From NCBI RefSeq assembly GCF_016432865.1, contig NC_067399.1, forward strand, positions 514,104,001 to 514,168,000: 64,000 nucleotides of DNA. Reading direction: 5' to 3'. The notes under the pieces were generated by a model. The model was not told the origin of the DNA and made no database searches. It was given only the letters and a program-made list of their open reading frames with translations. Position 1 is the stretch's first letter. Each line of letters begins with the position of its first letter. Both the position numbers and the translations under genes were made by a program. The DNA comes from Antechinus flavipes. Lineage: Eukaryota. Shown here in pieces: positions 1 to 13,499 of this stretch.

Positions 1-2296
1 GGGCAATTAGCAATACATGTTGTTTTTATTGAGAGAATACAAAAAGGACCTGGTCCTAGGTTTTAAATGTTTAATTATAGTTCAAGTGTAATAGAATCTG
101 TACTTATATTCACATATTTGTGGGAGTCTGTTTGCAAACTAATAATAGCTCACATTCACGTAGCCCTTTAAGCTTTACAAAGGTTTACATGGGAAGAAGG
201 TGATCGTCACCAGCATTGGCTTATGTACATATAAAGATTTAAACACAAAAATGGCAACACAGATGGAGAGACACATGACACACACATAGCCCCCGCAGTC
301 AGAGCCATGAAAATTGTCTCTAGATTTTCCATGTTCTTTCTCTTGCTCTAGAAAAGGGGAGGAAGTGAGGTCAGTTAAAGGTCCCCTTTTTCCCATTTCT
401 TGACTCCTCAGTTTTGTCCTGGAGAATTGGGGTACAGAAAAAGGACAGGGAAGAAGGAAGCTGTTTTCTAAGGAATTCCATGGAGTTAGTAGCCAGGAGG
501 TCTCTCAGCTGGTAGGGGGCCAGTACCTCAGACCTATCCTCTGCAGATCCGGGGCGGAGGGGGGGGGGGAGGAGAGAGGGGGAGGGAGGATGAGATGGAA
601 GAGAAACAAAGATAGGGACAAAGATAGAGAGAATACAATCATTCGCCATCCATGGGGAGGGTCATTTTGGTCCTCTTTGAGCACAAAGGACAAACAATGG
701 GATAAGACTAGGTGACCTCTAAAGTCCACAACTAAGATTCTATGGGCAGACTCCGATTGAGTGGGAGAGGGTGTGGGTATGACCCCTTTCTTTCCTTTAA
801 TTTCTTTTCTGTTCTCACCTTTCTTCTTAGGACTATAGATTTAGGACAGGTAGTCTACTTCTCATTATGCAGAGGAGGAAACTGAAATTTAAAGGGGTTT
901 AAATGTCTTGCCCAAAGGTCACAGAGGTAACAAGAAGCAGATTGAGAATTTGGACCTAGGTCCTTTGTCTTTAGAGCCAGTTTTGCTACTGTGCACTGTT
1001 GCCTCTCATCCTCCTCTTCTATTTTCTCCTTTCTTCCCTTACACCTTTCTCCCTAACCTATCTCTTTCTTCCTATTCTCAGCCCTCCCTTAGCTCTTTCT
1101 CTTTTTTCTCCTGCTCGCTAGTCCTTCAGGTTGGTGGGTTATTTATGAATCCAATGACCAGTTCTCAGGGTGCTGCGGCTCTTGTCGACATATCCTTTCT
1201 GAGTCCTTCCTGGCCTTATTGTTAGTAAAGCAGATGATTATGGGGGCATTGGAGAGGAGAGAGTCCTAGGAGGGAATGACCATAAGGCTGGAGAAGGGAG
1301 GGAAGGGCAGGCATCTGCGTCGCTGTTCCCATTCTCCCTGCCCTGGTTCTGTAGCCATTCCAATGACTAGGAAGATATCAAGGACTATCTCTGATGGATC
1401 AGGGTAGAGAATCTGACTCTCCTGACCCCATCTCAATGCATACTCTTTGCTGGGAGAAAAAAGCAAGGTCCATGGGGAATGTAAAGGATCCCCAGATTTT
1501 GCATTTCTCATCCATATTATCCTTGATTACCCTCCTCTTAATTGGAAAAGGACTAGTGATCATCTTTTCTAATCCCTTCCTTTTGCCAGACCAGGAAAAT
1601 ACATGATTGGATATTTTGTATTGTATATTGTACGTTTTCTTATTTCCAATTTCATTTACCTTAGCTTATTAGATAAGTAACCTTGAGATCATTTAATCTT
1701 TTTGAACTCAGTTTTATAATCTGTAAAATGGATAATACTTCTACTATCTAAATTGTTATGTTAAATATGTTATGAGGAGAGTTATATAAACCTGAAAGTT
1801 AAGTGTGAGTTATTTTTTATTCTGCCAGCAGTCTTTCACTGAATTTTTCTCATCTCCTTCCTAATGGTTTCTCTTTTAGCTTCCTCTCACTCCACTTCAA
1901 TGCTGCTTTGACTGCTTTTCTTCCAAATCTGAGTCTTCCCAGATGCAAATGGAGACTGATGGAATAGAACATCTGATTGATTGTTAAAACTCAGTTTTCC
2001 TTTTCCCCCTATACAGAAGGAGTCCCTGGTCAGCTACCCCCCCCCCAGTTTGGTGATGATGAAAGGACTTAGTGGAACCTAGAAGGGAGGGAAGGAAAGG
2101 AAAGAGGGGCCAGGGACAAGAGCAGAGAGGGAGGAGAGGATAGAGAGCTAAACTACATCTTTTATCAGAAGAAATGGGCAGTGTGGGGACAGGGCCAAAG
2201 CCTTCACATTTGGCTTCTTTGTGCCATGAAATCCTATAATGAAACCTTGATCTAAAAGCATAGCCACCACTCAGATCTTACAAAATAAAGTGTTTG

Positions 2297-2302
2297 TTTA
2301 TT
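2297..2302 (-). terminator. Likely CDH24 polyadenylation signal AATAAA
   Basis: TTTATT on the plus strand about 1.1 kb past the CDH24 stop codon. Confidence 0.65.
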
Positions 2303-3391
2303 ATGAAATTAGAGATGAAGGCCCCTCCCTCCCTCCCACTTTCTCCCTTCCCAGCTTCTCCCCCCACCCCCTATCCCCACATTCCCTTCCCCTTGGGACA
2401 TGGAAGCACACGATGTGAAATGCCCAGAGTAGGCCAATAGCCAGACCACCCCCAGGGCCATAGCTCCCCAGAGATGTGGCCTGGGGGGCAGACTCAGGAT
2501 TTTGGCCCCTTGGGCAAGGGCCTAGCTCCCTCTCCCCGCTGGAGGTCAGTTGGGCCAGGGTGAGGCCATGAGTGATGGATGGAAACCATGCGGGCAGAAT
2601 CTGTAGGGAAATGAAAGGAGAGGTAAAGGTCTACATTCTCCTCTATCTTATCCCCAGCATGAAATGTTCCCTCTCACTTAGCTCTGCCCCCAAGGAAGTA
2701 AGAGGTCTCTGGAGGCCCACCCCTGTCCCTCTGCCCAGCTTCATTGATGAAGGGGCAGTGTCCGCTCCCCAGCACCAAGCTCTGGGTCAAGCACTGACCT
2801 GGGGTGAAGTATTCCCCATAGGCGGGTGGGCGTCAGTGGCTGGAAGTTTTCTTGTTCTTGAGATGGGTGACGGAAAAATCAAAAAGCTGTTAAAACTTGG
2901 TCACAGAGACCCAGAGAAAACCACGGGGGATGTGGGCAGGGGAAACAGAGATAGATAGACATAAGCTGTGCAAGAGAGACACAGGCAGAGAGGAAGGGAG
3001 AGCTTCGGGGGGAGGGACAAACAGATATGTTAAGTACGACAGAGACACTAAGAGAGAAAGGCAGAGGCACGCTTGGGAGAGTCAGAGAGGGACAGAAGAG
3101 TACACAAAGAAATGCAGAGTAAGAGGAAGCAAGGGAAGCTTATTTAGACAAAGATGTGGGGAGTCAGAGAAAGAGACACACACAAAGAGACAGACAGGGA
3201 CTCACAGAGTAAGAATTAGAGAAGAGACAGCAATAGGAAAAGGATCAGAGACTTGGAGTGGAAGGACCAGTGGACCCAGGGGCTGGTGGCTGCTGCCCAC
3301 TGGACCCCGTGGAGCTCCCTCTGAGAGGGCATGTAAGTGGGCACAGCTTGGACGGGGGCTCCACAAAAACAGGCAGGATTAGGACCAGTCC

Positions 3392-6300
3392 TCAAGGGGC
3401 AGGGGGCTCTTTTGCCCCATACAGCTCAGCCAAGGTACGAAAAAGTGGCCCCCAGTCATCCAGGGGTTCAGTGGGCCCAGAGGGGCCACCTGCCTCACTG
3501 CCCGAGCCCAGAGAACTGAGGGAGCCACAGGAAGAGCCTCGGCCTTCATAGCCATACACCTGCACGGAGTCGTAGGGGGGTACGCCGGGGTCTTCGTCGG
3601 CTTCGCGAAGCCTCAGGGCCAGCAGCTGCACCACATCTGCAGGACCAGGGGGCCGTGGCTGCCGAGGAGGCTGGGCCCTGGGCAACACATCTCGGCGCGC
3701 CGGTGGAGCTGAGGCTGGAGGGGCTGCCCCATCGGGGTTCTGGAGGGCTGTAATGTCGAAGGCCTCCGTGTCCTCCTCACCACCGCCCTCATCGTCATAG
3801 GTGATGATGTTCTCTCGAACATCTTCCTCCTCCAGCACCATCAGCGCCTCTTGCTTCTGTCGCCGGAGGGCCACGAACAGTACGACCAGGGCTGGCGAGG
3901 ATGGAGAAGTCAGCTCTCCCAGCCAGAGACCCCCAGCTTTCCAGGGACAAGGTCTTGGGCCCCACATCAGGACGCCTCCTTTCTTGGGTCCGCCCCAAGT
4001 CCTCTGGCTGTTCCAGGTGTGTCCCGCCTCTGCCTGGCTCCCCAATGCCCCACTATAACCCGTGTGGCCTCTTACCTAGCAGAGTGCCTACGCAGGCAAG
4101 GATAGCCAGCAGGGCCCCGGTGCTGAGTCCTGCCGGGGAGAGCTGGGCCTCGGGCCGGCAGGAGGCCACCGAGCCGTCCGGCTTACAGCGGCATATGCTG
4201 ATCGTCACCGTGGCTGTGCTGCTCAGAGCCGGCTGGCCCCAGTCACGCAGCTCAATGGGCACCAGGTAGGGCTCCCGGCGGGGCAAGAGCAGGCGGGGGG
4301 GCAACAACACACTGGCAGAACCATCTACAGAGAGACACAGAGACAGAGGTGGAGAGTGAGGGGGGGAGAGAGAGAGAGACAGAGACAGAGGAGGTAGCAG
4401 GAGGACAGAGGAACCAAGGCTGAAGGCAAGAGCAGGCGTGCTAAGCCAGAACCTAGCCCAGAAGTATTTTAGGCCGTGCCAATCCATCTTGGCACAGTGG
4501 GAGTTAGGTGCTTCAAGGTCAGGGGCAAGGCTTAGGTAGGGAATATGTACACATTTATTTTTAAAAAAGAGAGAAAAGCAGTCAGCAAAACAAAACACAG
4601 ATCCATCCCCATCTGTTATTTTTGGTTGGTGATAGCATCCTTGCTGGGGGAGGAGGGAAAACAGATAAGGCTAAATTGGGGGTAGGGGGCAATACAGGTG
4701 AACCAGTATGAGAATCATGATGCGAGGGGTAGGTGTGTTGGGAGAAGCTGTCTGAGTTATGGAGGACACATCATTTGCAAATGTAGAACGGTATGGAGCC
4801 ATCCTATTTCCAATGACCTCGCCAGCCCTCTGGCCTCTGGCCCACCCTCCCCGTGTCCCTGAGGCTGGGAGCCCCAGGTGCGGCTCTGCAGGGAAGGGGG
4901 AGAGGAGAGGTCCGGGGGGAGGGATGCATCGATGTAAACTAAGGGGAAATGTACAGCAGAGAGATGGGCCCTCGGGTGTTTGAAGGCATGTGGGGCGTCA
5001 CCTACCTCGATTGTCTCGGACAGTGAAATTGGCATCCGGGCCCAGGGGGCTACTCAGGGAGACATAGCTGCTGTTGCCAACTTCATCCCGATCCAGAGCC
5101 CGGACAACCTGAATCAGCTGGTGAAGAAGAGGAAGGCTCAGAGCTATCAGAGCACCCGAGGGACCCATCCCTCCCCTGGCACGAGAACGAGACGCACTCA
5201 CCTGGCCAGGGGGGGCTGTGTCACACACAAAGGTGTCGTAGGGCTCGGCCAGCTGCGGGGCGTTGTCGTTCTCGTCAAGCGTCTGGATGGCGACTTGTGC
5301 CCGGGAGGCCTGTGCAGAGCTGTCTGAAGCCAGAACACACACGCACATCCCTGCTCACCGGGCCCAGGGGCCCACGCACAGGCCCGGAGCCCATAAAGGC
5401 CACGGCTCGGCTCCACGGGCGGCCCGTCCCAGGGGCGCAGCGCGGACAGGGCCCACCCGACCAGAAACGCAGGAACTACACTGAGCACAAGGCACACACG
5501 CACAAGGAGGGTCTGCCTCCGCTGCCCTGGGAGCTCACACGCTCCCGAGAGTCCGAGTTGCAGCTGTGAGCCGAATTTCCCCCAGGACTCAGAACGTACG
5601 GTAAGGGGAGGCCAAAGTCAGAGCATGAGTCCAAGAGCAGCCTCTTCACCTTCCTGTTAGTCATGGCTCTACTTCCAACACTCAGTCCTCTCTCCTCTAC
5701 TTAACTCATGCCCACCCAAACAGCTGGCCCGATGCCCTCGAGTCAGCTCCTACATCCGCAGGACGATGGCATCCTCTTCTCACCTGGATCCGACCGCCTC
5801 CCATAAGCTGAGTCATCCTGCTTCCAATAACCTCGCCCCCCAGCCCTCTCGCTCAGCCTTCCCCTCGTCCCTGACGCTGGGAGCCCCAGAGGAGCTCTAG
5901 AGAAGCGCGCCGCAGTGAGACTCCCAGCCCCAGATGGGAGCATGGGAAGAGATCCTGTCCCCAGCTTTGGGCCCATTAGACCCACGAGAAGGAGGAGCCG
6001 TAGCCGAGAGAAAGCCAGGTGTTGCACAGACAAAATCCCTGGATAGAAGTCTGAAGAGGTTCCCCTCCTACCCCCAGTCGGGGGCCTAGTTTGGTTGCTT
6101 CTAGAGTGAGCTTTGACAGGGGTGGGCGAGAAGGTCTGAGCTGGCCCAGAAAAAGGATCAGAACCATTCCAGGTTCTGGGATAACCTATTTGATCCAATA
6201 TTTACATTTAACAATTTAAATAACAAAGTTTTAGCAGGTTTGACGAGAAGAAGGTAGAGAACCCCATAAGTGCACATTGTAGACTTACACATAAACGCAA

Positions 6301-9300
6301 ATACATTCATTCATTCATGTATGGATGCACAAACGCACACCAATACAGCTATGCATACATACATATCCACACACCCACAGACATACAGATACACAGAGAG
6401 CAGGGAATACACAAGGTACAACTTCCTCCCTCCCCTCCATCCCTTGGGGATTGAGGATCAGGGTTGGTTCCTAGGGAGTTGGGGGAAAGCACAGCAGTTG
6501 TGTAATAGGGAGTGGGGAGGGCAGGAGGAAGGGAGAAGGCAACACTGAGGCTGCCTCGGCTGAACAGAGGTAGGAATACAGCTCCCATGGGGGCCTTGGG
6601 CAGAAGCAGTAAAATGCCCAGACTGAGACAGATGGGAGAAGAGCCAGAAATATCATATCCTGCCCCCTTCCATGCTCTTCTCTTCCCCCCACCCCCTGCT
6701 CCAATCTACCCTGAAATACCAGCAGATTTGTAACTCCACCACTTCCCCTCCTATCTGCCTCTTCTTGGATCCCTCTCATTATCTTCTGTCAAATTTGCAA
6801 ACTTCCTAAAGCTAAATAAATGGCAATGATTATTGTTCTGACTAGTACAGCCCAGTGGATACAACGCTCAATTCAGAGTTGAGAAGAGCTGAATTCAAAT
6901 CCTGAATCAAACACTTATTACCTGGATGCCCCTGAGCAAGACACTTAACATTTCAGCCTCAGTTTCCCCACTTATTTGGGACTTATTTCTTTGATGTTTG
7001 CAAACCAATAAAGTGCTATAGAGATGTCTTTTTTCTTTTTCTTCCCTGAAGCAGTAATTAGAGAAGGTATGGGCTTTGCTGTGTTTTGGGGGAAGGCCAG
7101 AATCCTGGTTGGGAGTCTCTGGGGATGGATGACATCAGAGAATAGGGGTATAGTAGGGGGTGGTATCAGTGGGGTATCAGGGCTGGAATCAGAGTTGGAG
7201 AAGGCAGATCGGGGTGGAAATTTGTTGGAGATGGAATAAGAACTCAGAGTAAGAATCAGAAGATTCGAGCCATGCTTCTGGTGGTGAAACTAAGGGTGGA
7301 TACAAAAGCCTCTGTTGGACAGCTGCACCACCGCTGCTGTTACCATCAGGGTTTCGCTAGCAACCTTGGGATTCCTCCAGAATCAGGAATCGGTTCTCTT
7401 TTCGTCCCTGACACTTCCCGTCTCCTCCCCCAACACCCGTCTCATCTCCACCAACTACCCTGGGGGACCCTTGCTCTCCCTTACCAAGTTCGGTGGCCAA
7501 CACAGTGAGATTGTGCCAGGCTCGAGCTTCCCGATCTAGAGGCACAGATGTCCGGATGGTGCCGTCCTCAGGCTCAATGGAGAAGCAGCGCTCGGGGTCT
7601 GAGTGGGGGAGGATGGAGTATCTGGAGAGAGGTATCAGGATTAGTGGCTGAGGATGGAGCAGGAACTACCTGGAGGAAGGTTCCAGAGCTCATCTAATAA
7701 CTGACCTCCTACTGGGCTTTGTATTTTTGTCCTTTCCTTACAACTTTGAGTTGGTAGGCTAAGTATTAGGATCAAAGACTTAGAGCCAGAAGGAAATATA
7801 GAAGCCAAAACTTCTGTATTTTACAGAGAAAGCTTAGGCCCAGAGAGATTAAACTGACTTGTTCAAGGTCATATTAGTAGTTAAATGAGACAGTCAGGAT
7901 TTGAACCCAATCCCCCAATTCCAAACAGCCTGGTTTCTACCATGCTAAATTAAGCCATTCTATGGAGGGGAAACCAGAATACAGAGAAGTTAAGTAAATT
8001 GCCCCTGGTGCCCAGGGAATGAAAAAAGAAGCAATGATGTTTCCACAATACCATGGGTACTAGGGCTTGGAGTATCTCAATGCCAGTCTCCTAGGTTAAT
8101 TCTCATAGCTGCATTTGGCAAAAAATTGAGCTCTTTGGAATCAGGGCCAGCTTCACTAGTAGAATCCACCTGGCATAATTTCTGGAGACCCAGGAAGGCC
8201 CCTTTGCTTTAAATTATCTCCTCACATGTATTCTGATGGAAGTGGATTTCTATGACAAAGAGACCTAACTGAGTTTCAAAACAGCTACACCCAAAGAAGG
8301 AACACTGGGAAATTTTCTTCCCGAGTTATTTTTACCTTCTGAATCCAATTCTCCCTGTGCAACAGGAGAACTGTTTGGTTCTGCAAATATGTATTGTATC
8401 TAGGATATACTGCAACATATTTAACATATATAGGACTGCTTGCCATCTTGGGGGGGGTGGAGGGAGGGAGGGGAAAAAAACGAAACATAAACGAGTGCAA
8501 GGGATAATGTTGTAAAAAATTACCCTGGCATGGATTCTGTCAATACAAAGTTATTATTAAATAAAATAAAATTAAAAAATAAATAAATAAATTATCTCCT
8601 CACTGGAGGATCATTTTGACTGAAATTAGTCCTCTTTGGTTAAGCCACCTGCCCAGATTCACCTCTGGGAGGGAGAACAGAATAAATTGTGAACAGTCAG
8701 TAATACCTTAGGAGGAATCAGTTGATCAGATCCTCAGAATAAGAATAAATAAGTTTATCAGATTTTGAGACTTCAGTATCTATGGGAAATGGAAGAAATG
8801 GAGGTACAGAGAATGAGCTTTACCTGGGAAGACAGGACTGAGTAGGGTGTTATGGTGTGGATTGGGAGGAAAAGGAACAAGAGATGGAGGAGAAAAACAA
8901 ACTTTCCTGTGTCTACAGTTTTGCTGAAGGTGGGGTCCCGCTCCTAGAGTCAGTGTCTCTGTCCAAAAAAGAGATCCAGAGGGACAGGGAAGTCTATCTA
9001 CAGACTCCCCCAAGTCTGGTCTGTTCTTGTGCTCATACAGTCCTTAGTACTTAGGACTGGGGGAGTAGGTCCTGAGGGAGTTCAACCATTGGTTTCTCCT
9101 GTTAATAGCATTGGGGAAAATGGATGCTTGTAGGGAAAGGGCTGAAAGGAAACTGAAGGAGATGAAAGTCTGGGAAGCTATTGGAGAGGGATAGGTCAGG
9201 AATTGAGAAGTTAAAGAAGGCCAAAGACTAAAGGGGATGCAGGGAGAAGCAGGGGCTAAGGGGATATGGGGTGGGGGGAAGAACAGGCATAGAAGTAGAA

Positions 9301-12107
9301 AGTCTTTAAATTCTGATATTAAATGACTCTGAGAAGCAAATGAGAGTGGGTTTTGAGCTGTGATTCGCCTTTGAATATGATAGGGCTGTGTTCCCCTGAG
9401 GCTCACCTGATGGGGCTGGCGGGTGAGTCGAGGTCCATAGCAGAGACACGGCCCACCAGGGTGCCAGGGGCACTGTTCTCAGGCACGGCCAAATGGTAGG
9501 TGGAGTGGGTAAAAACAGGTGGTTCTGGAGCATCCTGGACTGCCACACGGACAGAAGCCACGTCCTTGAAGGGCCCACGACGCAGGTAGGCTGGATCTAT
9601 GAGTGTATTTGTGGCCTCTACTCGGAAGGCATAGGATCTACGGCTCTCAAAATCCAAGGGCTAGGAGTAGGAGAAATCAGGTTTGTAGAGGCTGAGGTGG
9701 CACCCTGGAGCCCATTGTATCCCTCCTAAACTGGATAGACTGCTGTGTCCTGGGCCTGGAATGCTGGCCATGTCTGGTTTGGTGATACAGTTCCCTTCCC
9801 TAGAAAGAATGGGAGCCCTAAGATCTGGGAAGCCTCTGGGGATCCATTAAAGCAGGAGGAAAAATGATTCAATTAGAAGCATATAGATGCTTACAAGGCA
9901 GGGATCCCCCAAAAAAAGTATAGGTGGGTGTGCATCTGGGGCAAGGTCTCAGAATGGGGAGCACAGAAGGTGGGTATTGGCTTGAAGTGGAGAAAGAGTG
10001 TGTCAGGTGGGCACCTTGCGAATGGTGAGGAGCCCATCTTGGCCTTGGGCATCAGTGCTGATACTGAAAGTCTCAGCTCCCTCCCCATCCAGGATGCTGT
10101 ACGCCATGAGGGCATTGTCTCCCAGATCAGGGTCTTGGGCTCGAAGTCTGCCCACTAAGGCCCCTGGTCCTGCAGTTTCCACCACCGAGAATTGGTATAG
10201 GCCTTTGAAGAAAAGGAGGAAGAGACTCAGAACAGCCCCTTCTCCTTTCCCAGATATTCCCATTTCCTAGAAGAAGTAGAAAGAGGACCCTGGGAGAATT
10301 CCTCATTCCTCTTGCTTCCATTTCCCTAGAAAGCTCCCCCGAGTGTCTCTCTTTACTCTGGTTTGTAGGGAACCATAGAGATGAGCAGAAGGCTTCCCCA
10401 GGGCTACCTTCCCCACTCTCAGGAGAAGTGGCCTGAGGGGAATGATTCAGAGTGTGAGGGAAATATAGACAGAGAGGCTAAACAGTAGAAGTCCAGGCCT
10501 AGTCAGATAAAAGCCTCCAAGAGCTAGCAGACTCTGGTAGTCCAGAGAAGAGGACAAGGAGGGATTAGAGTTGGTGCCCTTACTTTGAGGGAATTTGGGG
10601 GGGTTGTCATTGACGTCGCTGAGAGTGACAGTGACTGTGGTGCTGCCCGACAGCCCCCCCATGTGGCCACCCATATCCTTGGCCTGAATCACCACCAGGA
10701 ACACTTCCTGCGTTTCCCGGTCCATGTTGGGGATTGCGGTCCGGACCACTCCTGAAAGGAGAAGGGTGTGATACTAAGTTAAGGACAGGAAGGGGCGTTT
10801 TTCTGATCCCCATCCTCACCCCTTCATCAGGCCTCCTTTAGAGCCTTCCCCTCTGCTGCTTCCAAACCTCACCAGTCTGAGGGTCCACAGAGAAGAAAGG
10901 CAGCCCATCCAGCACCGTGTACACCAACTTGGCACTGTTCCCATAGCTAGGATCATCGGCGTCTTGAGCTGTCACCTGAATCACTGATGTCCCTGCCAGG
11001 GAGTCTCCTGTCACCCCCAGCTCATAAGGGAGGGAAGGAGGGGGGGTCAGGAGGGAGGGAAGTGATGGGACGGGAAAGGCTCTAGGAGGATGAGAAGATG
11101 GTTTGGTCAAGTGGCCATGGAGCATGTGTGGACTGATGGCCTGGGATGGGAGGAAGGGAGGCAGTGCCCTGAAGGGAGGAGAGAGCCCTGAGCACATGGA
11201 GTGTGGAAGGGAGTATCCTAGAAGAGGGGAGGACATATTTTAGGATGGTCTGGAGGAATGGGATGAGTCTGGTTTGGGTCTGGAGACTATATAAGTTGGG
11301 AGTGTATAGCTTGCTACTGGAGAGGCTTGAGGGGGAGAGAAGTCCGGCTTATGCCATAGGAAAACTGGGGTGGGTGAAAGCAAGGCTTCCTCACCAACAT
11401 TGGACATCTCTGGCACAGTGGCATGATAGGGCCCGAGGGGGAAGACTGGTGGGTTATCATTGATGTCTTGCACTTTAATGATGAACTCAGATGGTGGCTC
11501 TAAGGGCCGGTTGGAGGCTCTGTCCACAGCCTGGGCCAGGAGCACATACTGGGCCTTTTCCTCCCTGTCCAGACTCTTGGTGACGTGAATGTTGCCAGTA
11601 GCCTCATCAATCACAAACACAGTACCTGCTCCCTCTCCTGTCAACAGGTATTTGGTTCGACCCTCACCACGATCCACATCTGAGTGAAGCTGTAGAGGAC
11701 ATGGAGTTAGGGGTCAGATATGAGGAAGCCACGGAGCCGAGAGAGAGCACAGCAAGGGGAATGGACACAGGGGATCAGAAGGCCCATGCTTGGCGACAAA
11801 GGTCTTGACCAAGGTAAGGGAAGGAAGTGACATGGGTCAAGCTAGGAAGGAGGGTCAAATGGTCGGGAAATATGAGAATGTTTTGAGGGGTGGGAATAGT
11901 TCTTACTCTGCCAATGAGGACAGGTTCAGGGCCAGCATACTCCTCGATGACGAAGAACTGGTTCCAGACCCAGCTCCTTCTTGCCCGAAGCAGTGTAGGC
12001 CCCTGGCCCTCCCTGATCCCAGCCCATGCTTGGGCTGGGGCTACCAGCCTCCCTGCACAACCCCAGCTCCCCAGCCAGGCCAGCATCAGCCGCACAAAGA
12101 CCCACAT
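3392..12107 (-). CDS. CDH24: Cadherin-24 (type II classical cadherin), 11 coding exons, 781 aa
   Basis: Manually spliced exons (all GT-AG): 12107-11907, 11689-11395, 10992-10873, 10751-10584, 10202-10015, 9660-9407, 7621-7485, 5323-5202, 5117-5006, 4324-4076, 3891-3392. Total 2346 nt = 781 aa + TGA. Signal peptide [13 protein letters not shown], prodomain cleavage RARR|SWVWNQF, DRE/DxNDN calcium motifs, TM segment [23 protein letters not shown], catenin-binding tail ending [13 protein letters not shown]. Confidence 0.98.
6845..7015 (+). mobile_element. MIR/MAR1-type CORE-SINE
   Basis: CAGTGGATA...GAATTCAAATCCTG...GCAAGACACTTAAC...CCTCAGTTTCC core. Similar copies near 840-960, 1655-1800, 7770-7910, 26275-26440, 35390-35520, 38940-39100, 40715-40905, 46690-46890. 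Confidence 0.65.
8226..8588 (+). mobile_element. 5'-truncated marsupial LINE-1 3' end
   Basis: A-rich tail; perfect 15-bp TSD AAATTATCTCCTCAC at 8211-8225 and 8589-8603; same family at 28646 and about 32600. Confidence 0.8.
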
Positions 12108-13499
12108 GCTTTGAACCTGGTTCTAGTGTTGGCTCAGCCCAAGCTCTACTCACTGACCCACCAGCCCTCTCCCCACGGTGATGCCGTCCATGAGGTAGGT
12201 GGGGCCAGCAGGACAGGTGTGTGGGGGCTACCCCATTAGTCCAAACCTGCAGAAAAGGAATTGGTCAGCAAGAGGGAAGAGCAAGATGCCCTCAAATCCC
12301 CCAAACTGGGCACACTGTTAACCATTCCCCAATATCCTTATTAGTGGATTCAGTACTAAGAAAATAAATTAAGGGTCTGGGGAGAAGAGAACAGATAGAT
12401 CAAGAGAGGCTCAAATTGGAAGGGATAGTAGGGGAAGAAACAGGAGAAGAATCCCTACACCTCCGTGATTTATTCACATTCCTAGCCCTCCCCATCCTTC
12501 CCACCTGCACTATCCCTATATTCACCTCTGGCCCTCCAAGTTGCCAAATTTCTGGTCAGTCACAGTGCAGCAGGAGAGCTGGAGAGAAAAGAGAAAAATG
12601 GGGGAAAAGGTCAGAATGTGGGGAAGATCTGAGAACTCCTCAGTCTGAGTTCTCTTCCTCTCCCCCAGCTTGCCCCTTTCCAACACGGGGTGACCTAGAC
12701 GCTGTGACTAGGATCTCTGCCTTGGGAGCCTGAGGAGGAGGGGCTGAAGAAAAGGGCTTGAGCAAACTGGCCAGGCTTAAGAGGGGCTTGGTTCGAGGGG
12801 GTGTGGCTTAAGAAAGTCTGAGGGAGGGGGTGAGGTGCGAAGGGGGGAGGGAAGTGAAGCAAAATCCCTGGGGTGTGGGAATGTAGAGAAGGTAAGGCCT
12901 AAAATAAGAGGTGACCCCTGACACCGATTACTGAGGCCCCATTGCTCTAGATCCTGCCCCATTCCCCATGTGAAAGGCACTGCTGGGTTCAGTCAGTCCG
13001 CACCGCAGTGACACCCCTTGGAGCTAAGCAAGGGGACTAGTGGGGAGTAAAGCAAAGCCGGGGGGCCAGGGCTGGGAAAGGAGGGGAATGGGGAAGCAAG
13101 AATCCATTGGGAGAGACATAAAGATAAGTGAGGGAGGAAGGGAGATGGAAGAAAAACGGGAATACGAATGATAGTAGTGGTAAGAGACAGTGACTGAAAG
13201 GCAGAGATAGAGATACAGAAAAAGCACAGATACTGAGAGCTGGACCCCGATGAAGAAACTGCAGGTAGTGGTGACTGGGGAGATCCCCAAGAGCCAGGGG
13301 TCAGATCAGGACAAGAGGGAACTTCAGAGTCTAGAGAAATGGAAGGCTAAATCGGGGAAGGACAGAAGAGGAAGAGGAGCCCCAATCCTATTCTACTCTA
13401 TCCGCCCCCCCTCCTAGGGGAACACCCCAGGTAGCACCCTGCTCCTGCCCCTCCTTCTCACCAAGATCCAGACACCTGACAGCCTGTCCATCCAGTGGG

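Noticed and set aside
1-2200. PSMB11 coding sequence expected by synteny
   Set aside because: No proteasome beta-subunit sequence in any frame; the short ORFs are low complexity.
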